Below the pieces are notes generated by a model that ran no database searches, was not told the DNA's origin, and saw only the letters and a program-made list of their open reading frames with translations. The position numbers and the translations under genes were made by a program. Shown here piece after piece: positions 1 to 12,855 of a stretch of DNA of 64,000 nucleotides (the stretch's first letter is position 1; every line of letters starts with the position of its first letter). The stretch is from Octopus bimaculoides (taxonomy: Eukaryota), in NCBI RefSeq assembly GCF_001194135.2, contig NC_068988.1, forward strand, positions 79,076,567-79,140,566. The letters run 5' to 3'.

Positions 1-1640
1 TTATGGGTACCATATGCTATCTCCATCTACCGTCCTACAGAATGCTCTATCTATATACTATTTTGATTATCCAATACTGTTTGTTCACATGTACATTTGT
101 GTATTCGGGAAATCCAGTCGGTATCTTCAGCTAGTTGAAAATGACTGAGCAGATTTGTGAGACTTTTACGGCCACATCTCCTTTCAACTAGCCCCACACA
201 ATCCAGATGTGTATCTAAGATAATGCTCCAATCGCTCACTGGCACTAAAGACTTCCAGATTCCAGAAGAAGCTCAGTTATCCTGCCCCAATCGGAGCATA
301 AACGGCGACTAGAATAAGGGCAATATTTTCGCTGTTGTTCACGTCTAGAACCACCAACTTACCGCCACGTTCCAGGAAGATCGATCATGTCTCGAGGACC
401 AGGCCTTTCCAAAACGGCTACACCGTCCAGCACCCCGTTCAGTGTCAAGTATGAGGTGCAACGATTTCAAAATCACCAAAAATGGGTGCTAATACGCGTA
501 TGTCGTAAATCTTGGCCTCACCCATCGCTATCACATTTAAATTTAGAGAACTTAGGTCAACGAACTGACGACCCTGCTTCCAAGGTGACCCATTCCATTT
601 GATTGAAAAATGCCACATTGATTGAAAAATAAAAGGAAAAAGAATCGGTTTACTTACCTATGTGATGTACCTGAAGCGAACGACTCGGTCTTTTTTGAAT
701 TTTAAGTTTCCTTTTGAAAATTACTTTGGAGCATTTTGCAAGTCTTTACGATTAGGTATACCACTTTATTGGTAAAATTCTCCCTCAGTATTTTATATGT
801 CCACAGGTCCAACTTTATTAATTCCAATTATTTTTTCAATTTGAAAGTACAGGTCCTGAGTATCTCTCCCACTTTCAAAATTTCTGTTTTTATTTTCCAC
901 TAAGGACATCAGTTTTTCTTTTATTTGGGGTGAGAGTGTGCTGTGTTGATACATTTGCGTATTAGTCTGGTGTATGTGTTCTCTTAGCATTTTTTTTTTT
1001 AGGTGGGTATTGGTTTTGGTGACGGCAAGTTGTGGATTTGTACGTGTTTGGTGTGCGTGTGTTTTGGGTGATGCTGTCGTAGTTCTGTCGCCCGTTCGAA
1101 GTAGCTGTATTTGTTTTTGTTTGTTTGTTTTTTTTATTTATCTGCATGGCCGCCTCTCATACTCGCAAGATATTTCCATGTCGGAAAGATCAGATGTAGA
1201 AAGGGCTGGATATATCTTTGCGTATGTGGCCATGTATCTGTTTAAAACAAGTGGTGACAGAGGGCGAGTAATAGTAATGGAGTTAGGTTAGATATCTTCC
1301 TGGGTGGCGGGCTTTGGTTTTTCTTGTTGCGGGTGTCATTTTTGCCCTCACTACTGTTGTTGGTACTGGTCTTGCTGCTATTGCTACCGATTTTTCTGCT
1401 ATACGCCGTTGCTGCTGTTGGGATTGTGGTATCGTCAGCAATAAGAGCCCTCTTATATCCCGCTTTTGATGACGTCAGAAACATCGGACGTGGCATTTTT
1501 ACCACACCAGAAACATCTTGACTTTTGACCCTTAACCGCGATATGCAGATTCACTCCATTCAGTAGATGAATAATGCTTAGGTTCATTTCCATTACCCCA
1601 GTCTTATCTGGTGGTAGTTCTCCATTGTGGTCTTTTTATA
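1..1640 (-). mobile_element. Decayed Tx1/L1-clade LINE fragment: ORF1 zinc knuckle to ORF2 APE endonuclease
   Basis: Minus-strand translation gives HIAVKGQKSRCFWCGKN.HVRCF (CCHC knuckle with a frameshift, ~1470-1540). It also gives GKLVVLDV...LVAVYAP, DWSIILD and YIDRAF (APE motifs, ~30-400). Organisation parallels the 37163-39100 LINE; stops and frameshifts present. Confidence 0.8.
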
Positions 1641-2126
1641 TTAGATACAAAATGCCTGGATTTCTCTAAATAAATAGCAGACCATTGCTTATCTTGTTTT
1701 TAGGAACATCTACACTGTATACGTATTTACTGTAAGAAAGAAAGAAAAGCTGTATTCATCTTCAGACATATTTTTCTAGCATGAATATTTTATTTGTATG
1801 AACGCTTACTCCTACACACGCACGCACACGCACACACTCACACACACACGCACACATGTAGACATGTGTGTGTATGTGTGTGTGTATGTGTGTGTGTTTG
1901 CTTATGTTTCTCACTGTCCAGCGTCCTTGTTTGTTTGTTTTAAAGTATATATGACACATAAAACAGATTGCTTGGAGATACATGGTGTATTTCATAAATA
2001 TGCCTGTTCAAGTACCATGAAAACATGAAACTATTAGTAGCTCTTTCGGTTATGTTTTAAAGTGATATTTATCTCCCACTGGATGGAATACATTTTGTTG
2101 ATTCTACTTCTATTGGATATATATAT

Positions 2127-2290
2127 AGGAATGGCTGTGTGGTAAGTAGCTTGCTTACTAACCACATGGTTCCGGGTTTAGTCCCACTGCGTGACACCTT
2201 GGGCAGCTGTCTTCTACTATAGCCTCGGTCCGACCAAAGCCTTCTGGGATGATTTGGAAGATTGAAACTGAAAGAAGCCCGTCGTATATA
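2127..2290 (+). mobile_element. SINE family A (tRNA-derived head plus CORE-like segment), 5' part
   Basis: A-box TGGCTGTGTGG, B-box-like GGTTTAGTCCC, then CCTTGGGCAG..CTTCTACTATAGCC and an internal (TA)/(TG) tract. Matches the copies at 30436, 35860, 59625 and 63335. Confidence 0.85.
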
Positions 2291-2552
2291 TATGTGTATG
2301 TGTGTGTGTGTGCGCGCGCGCGTGCGTGTATGTGTATGTGTGTATGTGTGTATGTGTATGTGTGTATGTGTGTGTGTGTGTTTNNNNNNNNNNNNNNNNN
2401 NNNNNNNNNNNNNNNNNNNNNNNNNNNNNNNNNNNNNNNNNNNNNNNNNNNNNNNNNNNNNNNNNNNNNNNNNNNNNNNNNNNNNNNNNNNNNNNNNNNN
2501 NNNNNNNNNTATATATATATATATATACATACATACATACATACATACATAC

Positions 2553-2599
<47 letters not shown>

Positions 2600-3014
2600 C
2601 ATGCATACATGCGTGTATTCGCATGTAAAAGCATATATGTGTGTCTGTATATACATCATATACAAAACAGGGTATGCTATGCAACAAACTTTTGATTTAT
2701 TGAAATTATCTCTGCCTCTAAATCATGTGCACAAAAAACAAATGACAATTAAGACCAGCTGACTATGATCAGGAATCTAAAATACTCCAAAACCAATATT
2801 TAGGGAGAGGTCAGGATTACTGTCTATAGATACCAGAACAGTTGTGGGCATATGTTTCTGCATCAATACGTGTCATCAACAGGATAAATGTTGGAAGCTA
2901 GTTCCGGCAACCACGGCGGATAATTTTAATATCGAACATGTAGAGTTTGCTGGCCTAGTCGATTTAAATGACTATAATTAAATTAGTTGTTTAATTTATC
3001 ACGAGTGGAAGATT

Positions 3015-3195
3015 TTTTCCCGAGCCAAGATTTGTAAGTCTTCTTTTTTACTCGGACGGCATTTTTAACTTCCGAGTTAAAACGGGGGTTATTTTGTCAC
3101 GAGATTCCACAACGAACCTCTTTCGCCCACAGTATTGTTCTTCAAAGAATAAGCTGCCCAACAAAGCAGTCTCCATTCTGTTTCGACATCCTCAG
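3015..3195 (-). mobile_element. RTE-clade LINE fragment (EN-RT linker)
   Basis: Minus strand reads EDVETEW...CGRKRF...NSEVKNAVRVKKKTYKSWLG across frameshifts, resembling the RTE linker region. Confidence 0.6.
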
Positions 3196-3196
3196 T

Positions 3197-3620
3197 TTGT
3201 ATAGGAAGGTCTCACACCTATTCTAACCTTTGGTTATGAATATTGGATAACAAGTGAAGATGCACGATCGTGGATTAAAGCGACAGAAATGAAATTTCTC
3301 TAAGAGATCTCCGGAGAAACGACAAAGTTTGTAACTCGGTTACAAGTGAATCTCTCCAGGTCGAGCCGCTACTTCGCTTTAAGAGGACACAGCTTCGGTA
3401 GTACGGACATGTAATTAGAATGTCACAAGAAAGAATCGCAAGAAGGAAGGAATCTTCGAAGCAATTCAACTGACCACAGATCTAAGGGTTGACCAAGAAC
3501 AAGATGGTTGGATAATATACATAGTCTTAGTAAGTCACGCATATGAATCCATCCAGAAAATCTAAAGACAGTTTTTTTTTAGATAGGACCCTATGGAAAA
3601 AGTGCCTAAGGACTCTATCC
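3197..3620 (+). mobile_element. RTE-clade LINE C-terminal fragment
   Basis: LY..LTPILTFGYEYWI...IKATEMKFL...YGHVIRMSQERIARR...RSKG*PRTRWLDNI, a typical RTE post-RT region. Confidence 0.75.
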
Positions 3621-6600
3621 CGACGACCCCTCCCAAGAATAGTGGGCGGAGAAGATGGATGTAAATTTCTTTCCAGCATGGTCTTCGCCGTAATTGCTGT
3701 TATAGTCTAAACAACAAAAGGTCTGAAAGGTAGAGTTTCATTGTCAGTATATGATTGTACAGAGTTCAGGAAAACTAATTAGTTGGAAATATGAAACAAG
3801 CGAATCCAAGAGTCTGAAACTGTAGTATTAACAGCTTCGAGGTTGGAAGTAACCAGCTTTCAGTTGTCACACATGGAACAGTAAACTCATTGTCAGCACG
3901 TGTACCAAATTTCAGTGTCATGATTTAACGAGTAGCTCATCAAATAAGGAAACAATTTCTTCTATTTACTTGTAAGTAACGGGTTTACTCTGTTGGAGTT
4001 AGGGCCTACCTAGAGACAAACGGCTGCTGTCAGATGAGACGATGGACTCTCCTCAAGTACGATTTCTTGATATTCTAGTATTTAAAAAAAGTCTCGTTAT
4101 AATCACAATATTGGATATTCCAAGTGCAATTGGATGCAAATGTAGTGAGAGTAAATCGTTTAAGGAAATTAACAACTTTATTTACCAGAAAGGTAACACA
4201 AATCGAAAATACAGTCTTCGATGATGTACAGTTAATATACAACATAGCATCGATGATAGAATGCAAATAATTTTTGTTTTCTTTTTTTATCGTTGTAGAG
4301 TAAATGAGAACGAGCTAGTTCAACAGCTACGTATAAGTAAATGTTTAATAATGAAGTGGCTTCTTTGCATGAACTACGGCCATTCTGTGTTTGACGAGTT
4401 TCTTCTTAAACCACAATGTTGATATTGTGACTTACACTATGAACCGGCTGCCATCTACAGACTTCTCTACACTTCTTGAAGTGATCAATTATATTAATGA
4501 ACACTTTCTCAAAGTATTTGTCATACGAAAGAACTACATTCACAGATTGTTATATCTTAGAGAAGAAACAATTAGATGCAAATTATAGCTGTTGGCTTTG
4601 AGTATAATGCTAATTGATAACAAGAGGTAATTCGACATATCGAAGTGTCGGGGTATTGACCGACATGTATCGTGTTGCGGGATACATTCGATCCAGTGAC
4701 AACAAGATCGTGCTCTATGGATTTACCTTTAGCTTGACAGAATGTAGCGATAGTTTAATTTAGGTGATATAGTTTAGAAATGGTTGGGCTCTGCCAGTTT
4801 CTGATAATTATAGGCTCTACGTAAATTCTTTAGAGGTCAAGTGCTAATTAAGTTTTGTGAATTTAATTATCAACGTCATCATTATCACAAACACCATCTT
4901 CATCAATACATCTCCACTTCAATGACCAACAGAGAGGATCTCGAAGACACTCGATCTCATTCATGTTGAAAAAGATTAAATAACACATTAGAATACCGTT
5001 AACCCTAAGTATCCCCAGAAAGACGAAATAATCATGGCGTGAATATCTTCATTTATAGTCAGCTCAATCAAGGCAAACGGGGAACTAGGCAGCACCACTA
5101 AGCCTCTTCTTTGATATTAAGCGTCATTATGAAAACAGAAAAAAACAAAATGCCTGTCATAATTAAATTTACTTTTCATGCATTTTTTCCTGATATTTTT
5201 TCATAACTTTTATATTTGATTACTCTTATTACAATTTGAGTCCATAGAAATATTTTAATATTTTATGAATGACGTGATTTTTTAAGGAAATAAATTATAT
5301 CCTAATCTCAAGAGCAAAACGTAAAATGAATGATTGAACAGTTCCCCGTCGTTTGTATCTGTTGACGGCCACTTAATAGTAACTAATTTTTCTCTTTCAA
5401 TATGCCTTAAAGAAGTCAAGTGGCATCATTGATAACATCATACTTATGAATGGGATGGGGAATATATATAGTTTACACTAGCAGCTTCTGTTCAGCGAAA
5501 CTGTTCACTTGACGCTTACATATTCTCACGATACAAAAGCGTTTTTCTTTAATTTTTTTTATTTGAGTATTTATTTTTTATAGGAAGAACGGCAGCGTCT
5601 ATGACCTTTTTGCAAGACTTTTGAGGCTAGTGGGAGGAAAGAAAAAAATTATTATCAAACCGTTGTTCTGGTCTACATGCTTACAACAAAGTAGGTTCTA
5701 ATTAAAAGTATCAAAGGCCTACGTAGAGGTGTTAAAATGAGTTGTGGATTAGATCTACCATCGCTAAACATTGACTTTTGATTCGATTAACGCACATCTA
5801 TAGACTCCATTCATGAGTCATGTCTTGAATTTTTAGCTTCCTTTTAGATGGCACTATCGTGGTATATAATTTTTCGAATGGCCCTCAACGCTCGGTTCTA
5901 TCTCCAAGCTTTAATACAAGAACGACCTACATGTCTCCATCTCCAACAACACCCTTTCTTTCCTCGCTAAGTATCACCGACACCTAGCCTAGACACGCCG
6001 TACCAATTCACTGTCTGTGTAAACAGAGAATGAAAATCTGTTTTATGAGTGTCATGTCGAACTTGACTCACTCTAAAACACAAATACACAATCACTACGC
6101 ATATCAAAAGACCAATAGCTTTAGCATGAACAAAGCGCAATTAGATCCCTCAAGATGGCACGTTCTCATTATAGCAAACACAGTGCCTGCATCAACTAAT
6201 GACTTTGAAGGTTAATAAGGGTTCAATTTCAGGTTTCGTAAGGAAAGGATTTTAGTCGAGACCGCATTTTGAAGGCACTTGTTCATCACCTCCTGAGTGT
6301 GAAAGGCAAAATCAAAACTAGTAGAATGTAAAAGGAGAAAGTAATTTGTCACTTGGTTTGACACTATCACTTCCCTGTTGGGTGGTTTTAGCGGAACCCA
6401 CTCTATTACAAGCATTCGAGCTAGGTCTCTGAACATTAAATACATTTCTCCTTTCACTTCAACAATCATATCGCCTTGAAAATGTTCGTGTGTTATGCTT
6501 TTAACCTTGAGGCGAAGTCATTAAAATTAATATAAAGAGACGTTAATCAATAACAGAAGACATTTAATCCTGCATTATACTTTTTCTGCGATACTATCCT

Positions 6601-7199
6601 CGAAGTTGTAATAATCGATATTACGTAGTGAAAATTTGAAAATTAAATTCCTATCAATTATAAATATTCTACAACAAATGTTTTCAGGGCAATGTTAAAC
6701 GCTTGATTACCGTCGAAGGGGTTAACGCCAAAGTAGTAGCTAGAGAAGAAGTAATGAATATGGAACTCAAGCGATGAATATGGACCTACAAGTAGTAAAT
6801 ATGACACTAAAACGGTGAAAATTATACTAAACCGGTCTATGGTGGATAATTTGGTTCTTTTAACTTTCGTCACAAAAGTAGGGTCTCTACACTGAGACTG
6901 TTTCAGTTTTCTGTTATTTAAAAGTTATAAATTCAATTGCCTATCTGGTCAAGGGGAAAGAAAATTCACTCGACTGAGATGAAAACACTGAGTTATTACA
7001 ATCTATACGCACAACTAGATGCTCTATCTCAGCAACAAAACTGTTTTACCTAATGACAAATGATATATTATTAAGAATCAAATCTTATTAGCTTGAGATG
7101 TGATCCAATTGTAATTTTCGGAGAAATTAATAAAAAAGTAATGAACCTTTAAATATTGGAGTTTTGAAGGATTTCAACCAATTTCGATATACTGAAAGC

Positions 7200-7690
7200 T
7201 GGAATCACCATATGTTCCCACGGAAAACTATTCAAACCAAACAATTTTACCCCATCCATATCAATAAGTGTGAATGAAGGTGTCCGTTGTTAGAAGAAAC
7301 GCCAAGTATCACTACCAGAAAACAGGTTACCATGTATTTGTAATTTTGCGGAAAAGAAGTTAATTTGCAGGAAGTTGTCTTCCACAACAACTCTAGTTGT
7401 GTTTACTTACTCTGCATGAAAGAACTAACGGCTGTCTGTTTCTCCAAGAAAGAGCTGGAAGTGAGAAGCAGCAGCGTGTATGATGATAACGATTACATGA
7501 GAGGACTGTGTGCAGTTCCCTAATCTTTGTAACCTAGTGTCGATTGGTTGTTCTGGAAAGATTGTCAAAATTGACGAAACAGTATACTCTGAATAGAAGT
7601 ACAACCGAGAAAGGGTGCTACCGGAAAAGTGTGTTACACTAATATCCCAGAGATACCCAGTTCCGATTCTCGGCAAAGAACGACACAGCG
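7200..7690 (+). mobile_element. Merlin (IS1595/ISXO2-like) transposase remnant
   Basis: IGCSGKIVKIDETVYSE*KYNRERVLPEK at ~7543-7630 matches the Merlin motif IGGPGxIVEIDES..KxKYNRGR. Confidence 0.6.
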
Positions 7691-8138
7691 TCGAGTCTGA
7701 CAACTGGTAATCATCATTTTATGATTGATTCATATCTCTATGAGTTTATGCGACCTGCTTCAGTATTTTTCATCTTTAAAGGTTGTGTATCGCTTATTAT
7801 TCATTTCTCATAAAACAACGCATAATAAAAAATATATATATATCCAAGGCAGGCTGACAAAAAGAAAAAAGAAAAAAGGTGCGGAAATGTGGCAGTTCCG
7901 ACTTCCGGTTTATCGAGATTGCAAGACACAGATTGGCTGGAATTAAAGGAAAAAAAAAAGATTATTTTTATGGCTTGTAACTTTATTATCAATTTCCTCC
8001 AAAATGACACCAGAAATGAATGACACCAGAAATGAATGACACAATATTAAACAAAAGAAATGTCGATTTATCGTCTAAAATCTAACAAGAATGAATTATA
8101 ATTTATTTATTTTTATTTTAGATATTCATTGCGCGCGC

Positions 8139-8141
<3 letters not shown>

Positions 8142-8204
<63 letters not shown>
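8142..8204. repeat. (CA)n microsatellite; one of many CA/TG/TA/CATA tracts (also ~1800-1900, 12207-12237, 16447-16529, 21132-21178, 53692-53790, 57590-57722, 62060-62594)
   Basis: Directly visible dinucleotide runs. They generate the HTHT/CVCV/YIYI pseudo-ORFs. Confidence 0.98.
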
Positions 8205-8210
<6 letters not shown>

Positions 8211-9389
8211 ACAGTAAACAAAAGGCGAAGACAGGTGAAGGAACATCAAGCAGGTGTATTAGTTTAACTCTTGGAAAGAATGGAAATGTCTTTGACATTT
8301 CGATCCTGCCCACTTCGACAGAAAGGAGTAAGAGGAAAAAAAAAACGGAGAGGGAAAAACTGTGAAGGGGTTAACGGTTCAACATGATGAAATGGCCGAA
8401 GATTTTAATGATAATATTGATAAACACTCTACTGTTATTATTACTATTATTACGAGCCACTTTGTTTAGTACTGCGCTCCTTTCTGTTAGGATCCCTACA
8501 AAAGTGACTTTCATAATTCTCATAGTGACCACATGCAAATACACACACATATATTTGTACAAAGCTGATGACTCATCCGGCTCCTCCTCACATTTCCTGC
8601 CTCGATACGACCTCTCGGACAATGAACATTCACCTTTGTAGTCACCTTAAAGACCGGATTGGATGAAAAACCCTGGGAAATCAATATACTTTATTTCAAG
8701 TACTGATTTCATTTTCCTTTGCAAAATCGTAAAAGTGTATTTTATATACAAACATACAAACCAACATACATATAAATATACATGTATGTGCTTAAGTATT
8801 TACGTATGTATGTTTGTGTTGTCGATTAGTCCTAGATTTATCTCGTTAAAATTTATGATGAAAGGCTTTCTAGTCGTGGCAATCCCGTATGCTATGAGCT
8901 ATATGGTTCAACATAGCTTTTATCTAGTGTTGTGATTTATGAGTGTTCTGACTGCTAATTTTGGCTGATTAAGAAATCATGTGTCAGCTGTCTGTTCGAC
9001 AAAATTGTTTGCAAATAAACCAATTTTTTTTTTTTTGCCTTTCTCCTCTAATTATAAAGTCTGGTTCCTTCCCCTCTTCTGACTTACATTTTCTTTTACC
9101 TATTCAGAGTAGGTGACTGAACTAACAGGCTAGTCTTTTCGTTACCTCAAAGGTAGCCACATTGAGTAGATTCTTGATTTTTAAAGAAATTTTGTTATAT
9201 GAGGACAGTTTTTACCTCTCCTGTGTAACTAAATTGTATTTCTTATTACATGCGTACTTGTCCTATTATGCATTCAGCAAACGGAAATCGCGTGTGTATT
9301 TATCAAACCCTGACATACCTGATGGCGAAAGTGTTTAGAATTAAAAAGTGTTTGCCATAGCTATCATACATCTCTTTTTACTTCTGTAA

Positions 9390-9540
9390 ACACTGGGCTT
9401 AATGCTTGGTGGCATTGTTTGAGCTTTACATTCTGACTTCAAATGCCGCCAAGATCAACTTTGTCTGGACTCTGAAGCCGATGTAATCGACAAGATTCTT
9501 CCCCACAAATTTAAAACCTTGTGCCTACAATAGATAAGTT
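9390..9540 (+). mobile_element. Degenerate SINE family B copy
   Basis: TTTACATTCTGACTTCAAATGCCGCC...GATGTAATCGAC...CCTTGTGCCTA aligns to the copy at 21988-22210. Confidence 0.55.
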
Positions 9541-10902
9541 TTTTAATGAAAATATATTTCAAGCAAATCTAAAATATTTCTAAAAGGAAGATATAAAATT
9601 GTATATGGCAAAAGAAGCCCGTTATATTTTAAATTACTCGTCAGTTTGGACTGCTTCTTTTCTTCGTTTCCTATCCGTGTATTTCATTTCGTACCCTTTA
9701 GAAAATGATCTTATTTGATAAGAGTTATTATAATTCTACGAATTATGAAGCCATTAGCAGATAGCTTCAATAGTACGAGTCGTTGGTTCAGTTTTGCATT
9801 TCGGTATGTTTACAGGAATGTTTTATTCTTTAAATTATTAAGGAAATCTCTATAGTTTGCTACATTTAATTGACAGTGATAATAATTGAGATTTTTCAGT
9901 CATGTATGCTACATATCGACTGATAAATATCACTACAATAATCGCCGATTTAACAGATCGTCAGACAATATACTACGAAGTATTTAGTTACATCCCTTCT
10001 TTATTTTCTAAGTTCAAAATTACACGGGCTTCAACTTTGATTTTCATCTTAACAGGGTCAAAAAGTGACATTGGAGCATTGGAAACGACTCTTCCCTTCA
10101 CACAAACTGTATGGCTTTACTAAGAAATCCTTACTTATTTAATTTGATTTTTTTTTTCATTTGCATTTAAAATAAGAGTTTTTTTTTCTTCTTGAGTCAC
10201 AAAAAATTAGATAGAACAAGAAAGACAATCAAGATTATCAAATGCTTCGTGCGAATGACCGAAATCTTTCAAGCGATTAGCACAATAAAAATAAAAGATT
10301 GCTATTATTCGTAAGTCTGTTGTAAAATGATGATAACTGATAGTGAATATGTTAAACGACAGCCATCAATCATTTTGAAAATCCTCAAACCCAGCGGTTT
10401 TCCATTTGCCAACCAATCGATACGAAGCCGGAATTACATGTCATAAGTCTTTAAGGTGATGGCATTTTAATGTTTTTTGTTGATACAGTCTCTATCAATG
10501 TTGCTGTACTTAGACTAATTTTTCACAAATAAATTATTAAGTTTTTTCTTTGGCTGTATTGAATCTTCTGGTTAAAACATATCGCATATCATTTTATAAA
10601 AATTCGAGGATCAATTCTGAAAGAATACTTTTTCCTATCAGCATTTTCATCTGTTTTTCTTTTTGGGTCTGTGTTTGAAAGATTCCAATATATGCAGTTG
10701 TATTTGCTTATGTTAAATAGAATGTCTACTTTTCAATGTTTAGGGAGAATTAACTAAAATCATCCGAGTTGTCTTTCTTGGTTCGCTATGTATAGTATCA
10801 ATTCGGTCTATTAGATAAACATCCAGTCTTCTGTATCGGTGATTCCATTTGCTTGAATAAAAGGGCATACAGACTTAATGAAGTAAATATTATTATATAT
10901 TA

Positions 10903-11030
10903 AAGGTGGTGGATTAGGAGAATCGTTAGAGTATGGAATAAAGTGCCTTGTGGTATTTCTTTTTGTTCTTTGCAGTTTAGGTTCAAATACCACCGAGATC
11001 AACATTGTCTTTCATTTCAGGAGAGGGTTT
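10903..11030 (+). mobile_element. Degenerate SINE family B 5' part
   Basis: AAGGTGGTGGATTAGGAGAATCGTTAG...GGTTCAAATACCACCGAGATCAAC resembles the family B head. Confidence 0.5.
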
Positions 11031-11171
11031 TACTGTTGAAATCTGTCTGTCAAGTATTAGGATCCATTTAATCGACAAAGCCATTCCCCTCAAATTGCTC
11101 CTATATTGGTAACAATTATTATTGATACATTTTTATCCGAAGATATTTGATTTTGCATCAAATTCTTTTCC

Positions 11172-11361
11172 CGAAATTTTGGAGGAGAGGCCCAATCGAT
11201 TAGATCGAGCCAGTACGCAACTGGTACTTAATTTATCGACCATGAAAGGATGAAAGGCATAGTCAACCTCGGCGGAATTTGAACGCAGAACATAAAGGTA
11301 GACGAAATACCGCTAAGCATTTCGCCCGGCGTGCTAACGTTTCTTCCATCTCGCCGCCTTA
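11172..11361 (-). mobile_element. SINE family B (tRNA-derived, Nin-type-like), near full-length
   Basis: Reverse complement gives GGCGGCGAGATGG..GAAACGTTAGCACGCCGGGCGAAATGCTTAGCGG...GTACCAGTTGCGTACTGG..CGATCTAATCGA, matching 21988-22210. Confidence 0.85.
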
Positions 11362-11820
11362 CTTTTGCATCAAATTCTATGATAGCTAGATTATCTCCCT
11401 TGATTCATTACTGAGTTTCACTAAATAACTTTCTCCCTCAAAGTTTTGTTTATTTATCTATCATTCTACATTTGCAGGCGTTCATTCATGAGTATGTTGA
11501 CAACTGGCTTTAACAATGTCATTGCGTATAAGAACGCCTGTTATGTCGTCTGTATATTTGCATCATTATTTTCCTTAGCGGGTCTAACAGTGTGTGTGTG
11601 TATGTGTGTTTGTGCAAGCGCGAGCATGGGTGAGTGTGCGCGTATGTGTGTCCGGTTAGTTTGTGTAAATAATGACCAACAACTAAACAAGTCAGTACAA
11701 CTGAATACCGTGGGAACTGACGAGGATTCACAGGAAAACAGGTGAAATGTCACGAGGTGAACTGAATAAAATATAAGATAAAAAAGGAACTTAAAGACAA
11801 AAAAGGTTAATTTTTAACAG

Positions 11821-11882
<62 letters not shown>

Positions 11883-11960
11883 GATGATGATGGTGGTGGT
11901 GGTCGTCGTTGTGGTGGTAGTGGTGGTGGTTGTGCTAGTGGTAGTGTTAGTAGTAGTCAC
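11821..11960. repeat. (GTA)n grading into (GTG)/(GAT) trinucleotide repeat
   Basis: Directly visible. Similar tracts occur at 13447-13550 (ACT/GCT), 20575-20640, 24860-24932, 25258-25318 and 55098-55153. Confidence 0.95.
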
Positions 11961-12206
11961 TTAGAGGAGTTGACTGGGAAATATACCGTCGTAAGCCACC
12001 CCATACAAATGACGAAAATAGAAAAACAGAATATCAATTTGCTGATACGGTGCAACAATTTTGGTATCTGTTTTCAAGCCAGGTGACCTCCCATATTACG
12101 TAACATACCGTCATCTTGTCGTTTGCTTCAACAGCAACAGAGTTTGCTGAAGATTGATGCGTCAAAATCCTTCATACGAACGAGTAAAACAAAGCAGCTA
12201 CTGGCA

Positions 12207-12238
<32 letters not shown>

Positions 12239-12645
12239 TCAGTCACAAAGATTATTTAAGTTGTGAATCTTTACACAAGATGCATATGATTATTATTTAA
12301 TATAAGTGTGATATAATGCTGTCTAGGATATGTATAACAACAAAAACTTCCCAAATGTGAGAGCAGTATTCTGTTTTGGAATACACTAGAGCTTTGAAGG
12401 CTTATGGTAATTGTTGGAGATTGAAGTATGTTTTGGCTTTCAAAAAGGCATTTTGTGATGCACACTTTTACAACTGGAGTTATGTAACCCATAGTCTTAC
12501 TATTATTTACTATGTTGGAATTATATCGAGGGATAAATGTCATAAATAAGAAATTTCGATTATCATGCTAGTTTTAAACTGTAGAAAACAAAATTAATTT
12601 TAAAACATTAATACGATTATATGCATCAGGATGACAAGCTCAAAT

Positions 12646-12855
12646 ATTAATCAGTGTACCTAAAATGAACAGAATTGCATGCCCAATTAACGGTCCTAAA
12701 GCGACCAGTGTCACATTATAAAACATCAATTATCGTACCTAAATCAGCCGGGGTGACATGTTAAATCATCAATTAGCGTAGACAAAGTGATGTTTCAAAC
12801 ATAAAACAGCTTACGTAAAGGATGATATGTTTAAGTATTAATTAGCATACCTAAA
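12646..12855. repeat. Decayed minisatellite or cluster of five copies of a 19-bp motif (ATYAATTAGCGTACCTAAA)
   Basis: Copies start at 12646, 12682, 12725, 12768 and 12837. Two of the spacings are exactly 43 bp. Confidence 0.75.

Noticed and set aside
6130-6900. Short ORFs and a TTTTCAG acceptor at ~6686
   Set aside because: No coherent exon or homology could be assigned.
8565-8680. CTGATGA...GGATGAAA possible hammerhead, plus AP-1 and ETS-like sites
   Set aside because: No valid stem III or UH site, and short transcription-factor motifs are expected by chance.
11708-11757. CTGACGA...GAAAACA...TGTC hammerhead-like string
   Set aside because: Stem II does not pair and stem I needs a large bulge. 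It is too degenerate to call, although it has a GUC triplet.
12146-12172. CTGAAGA followed by the hairpin TTGA-tgcg-TCAA
   Set aside because: No GAAA, stem III or stem I follows.
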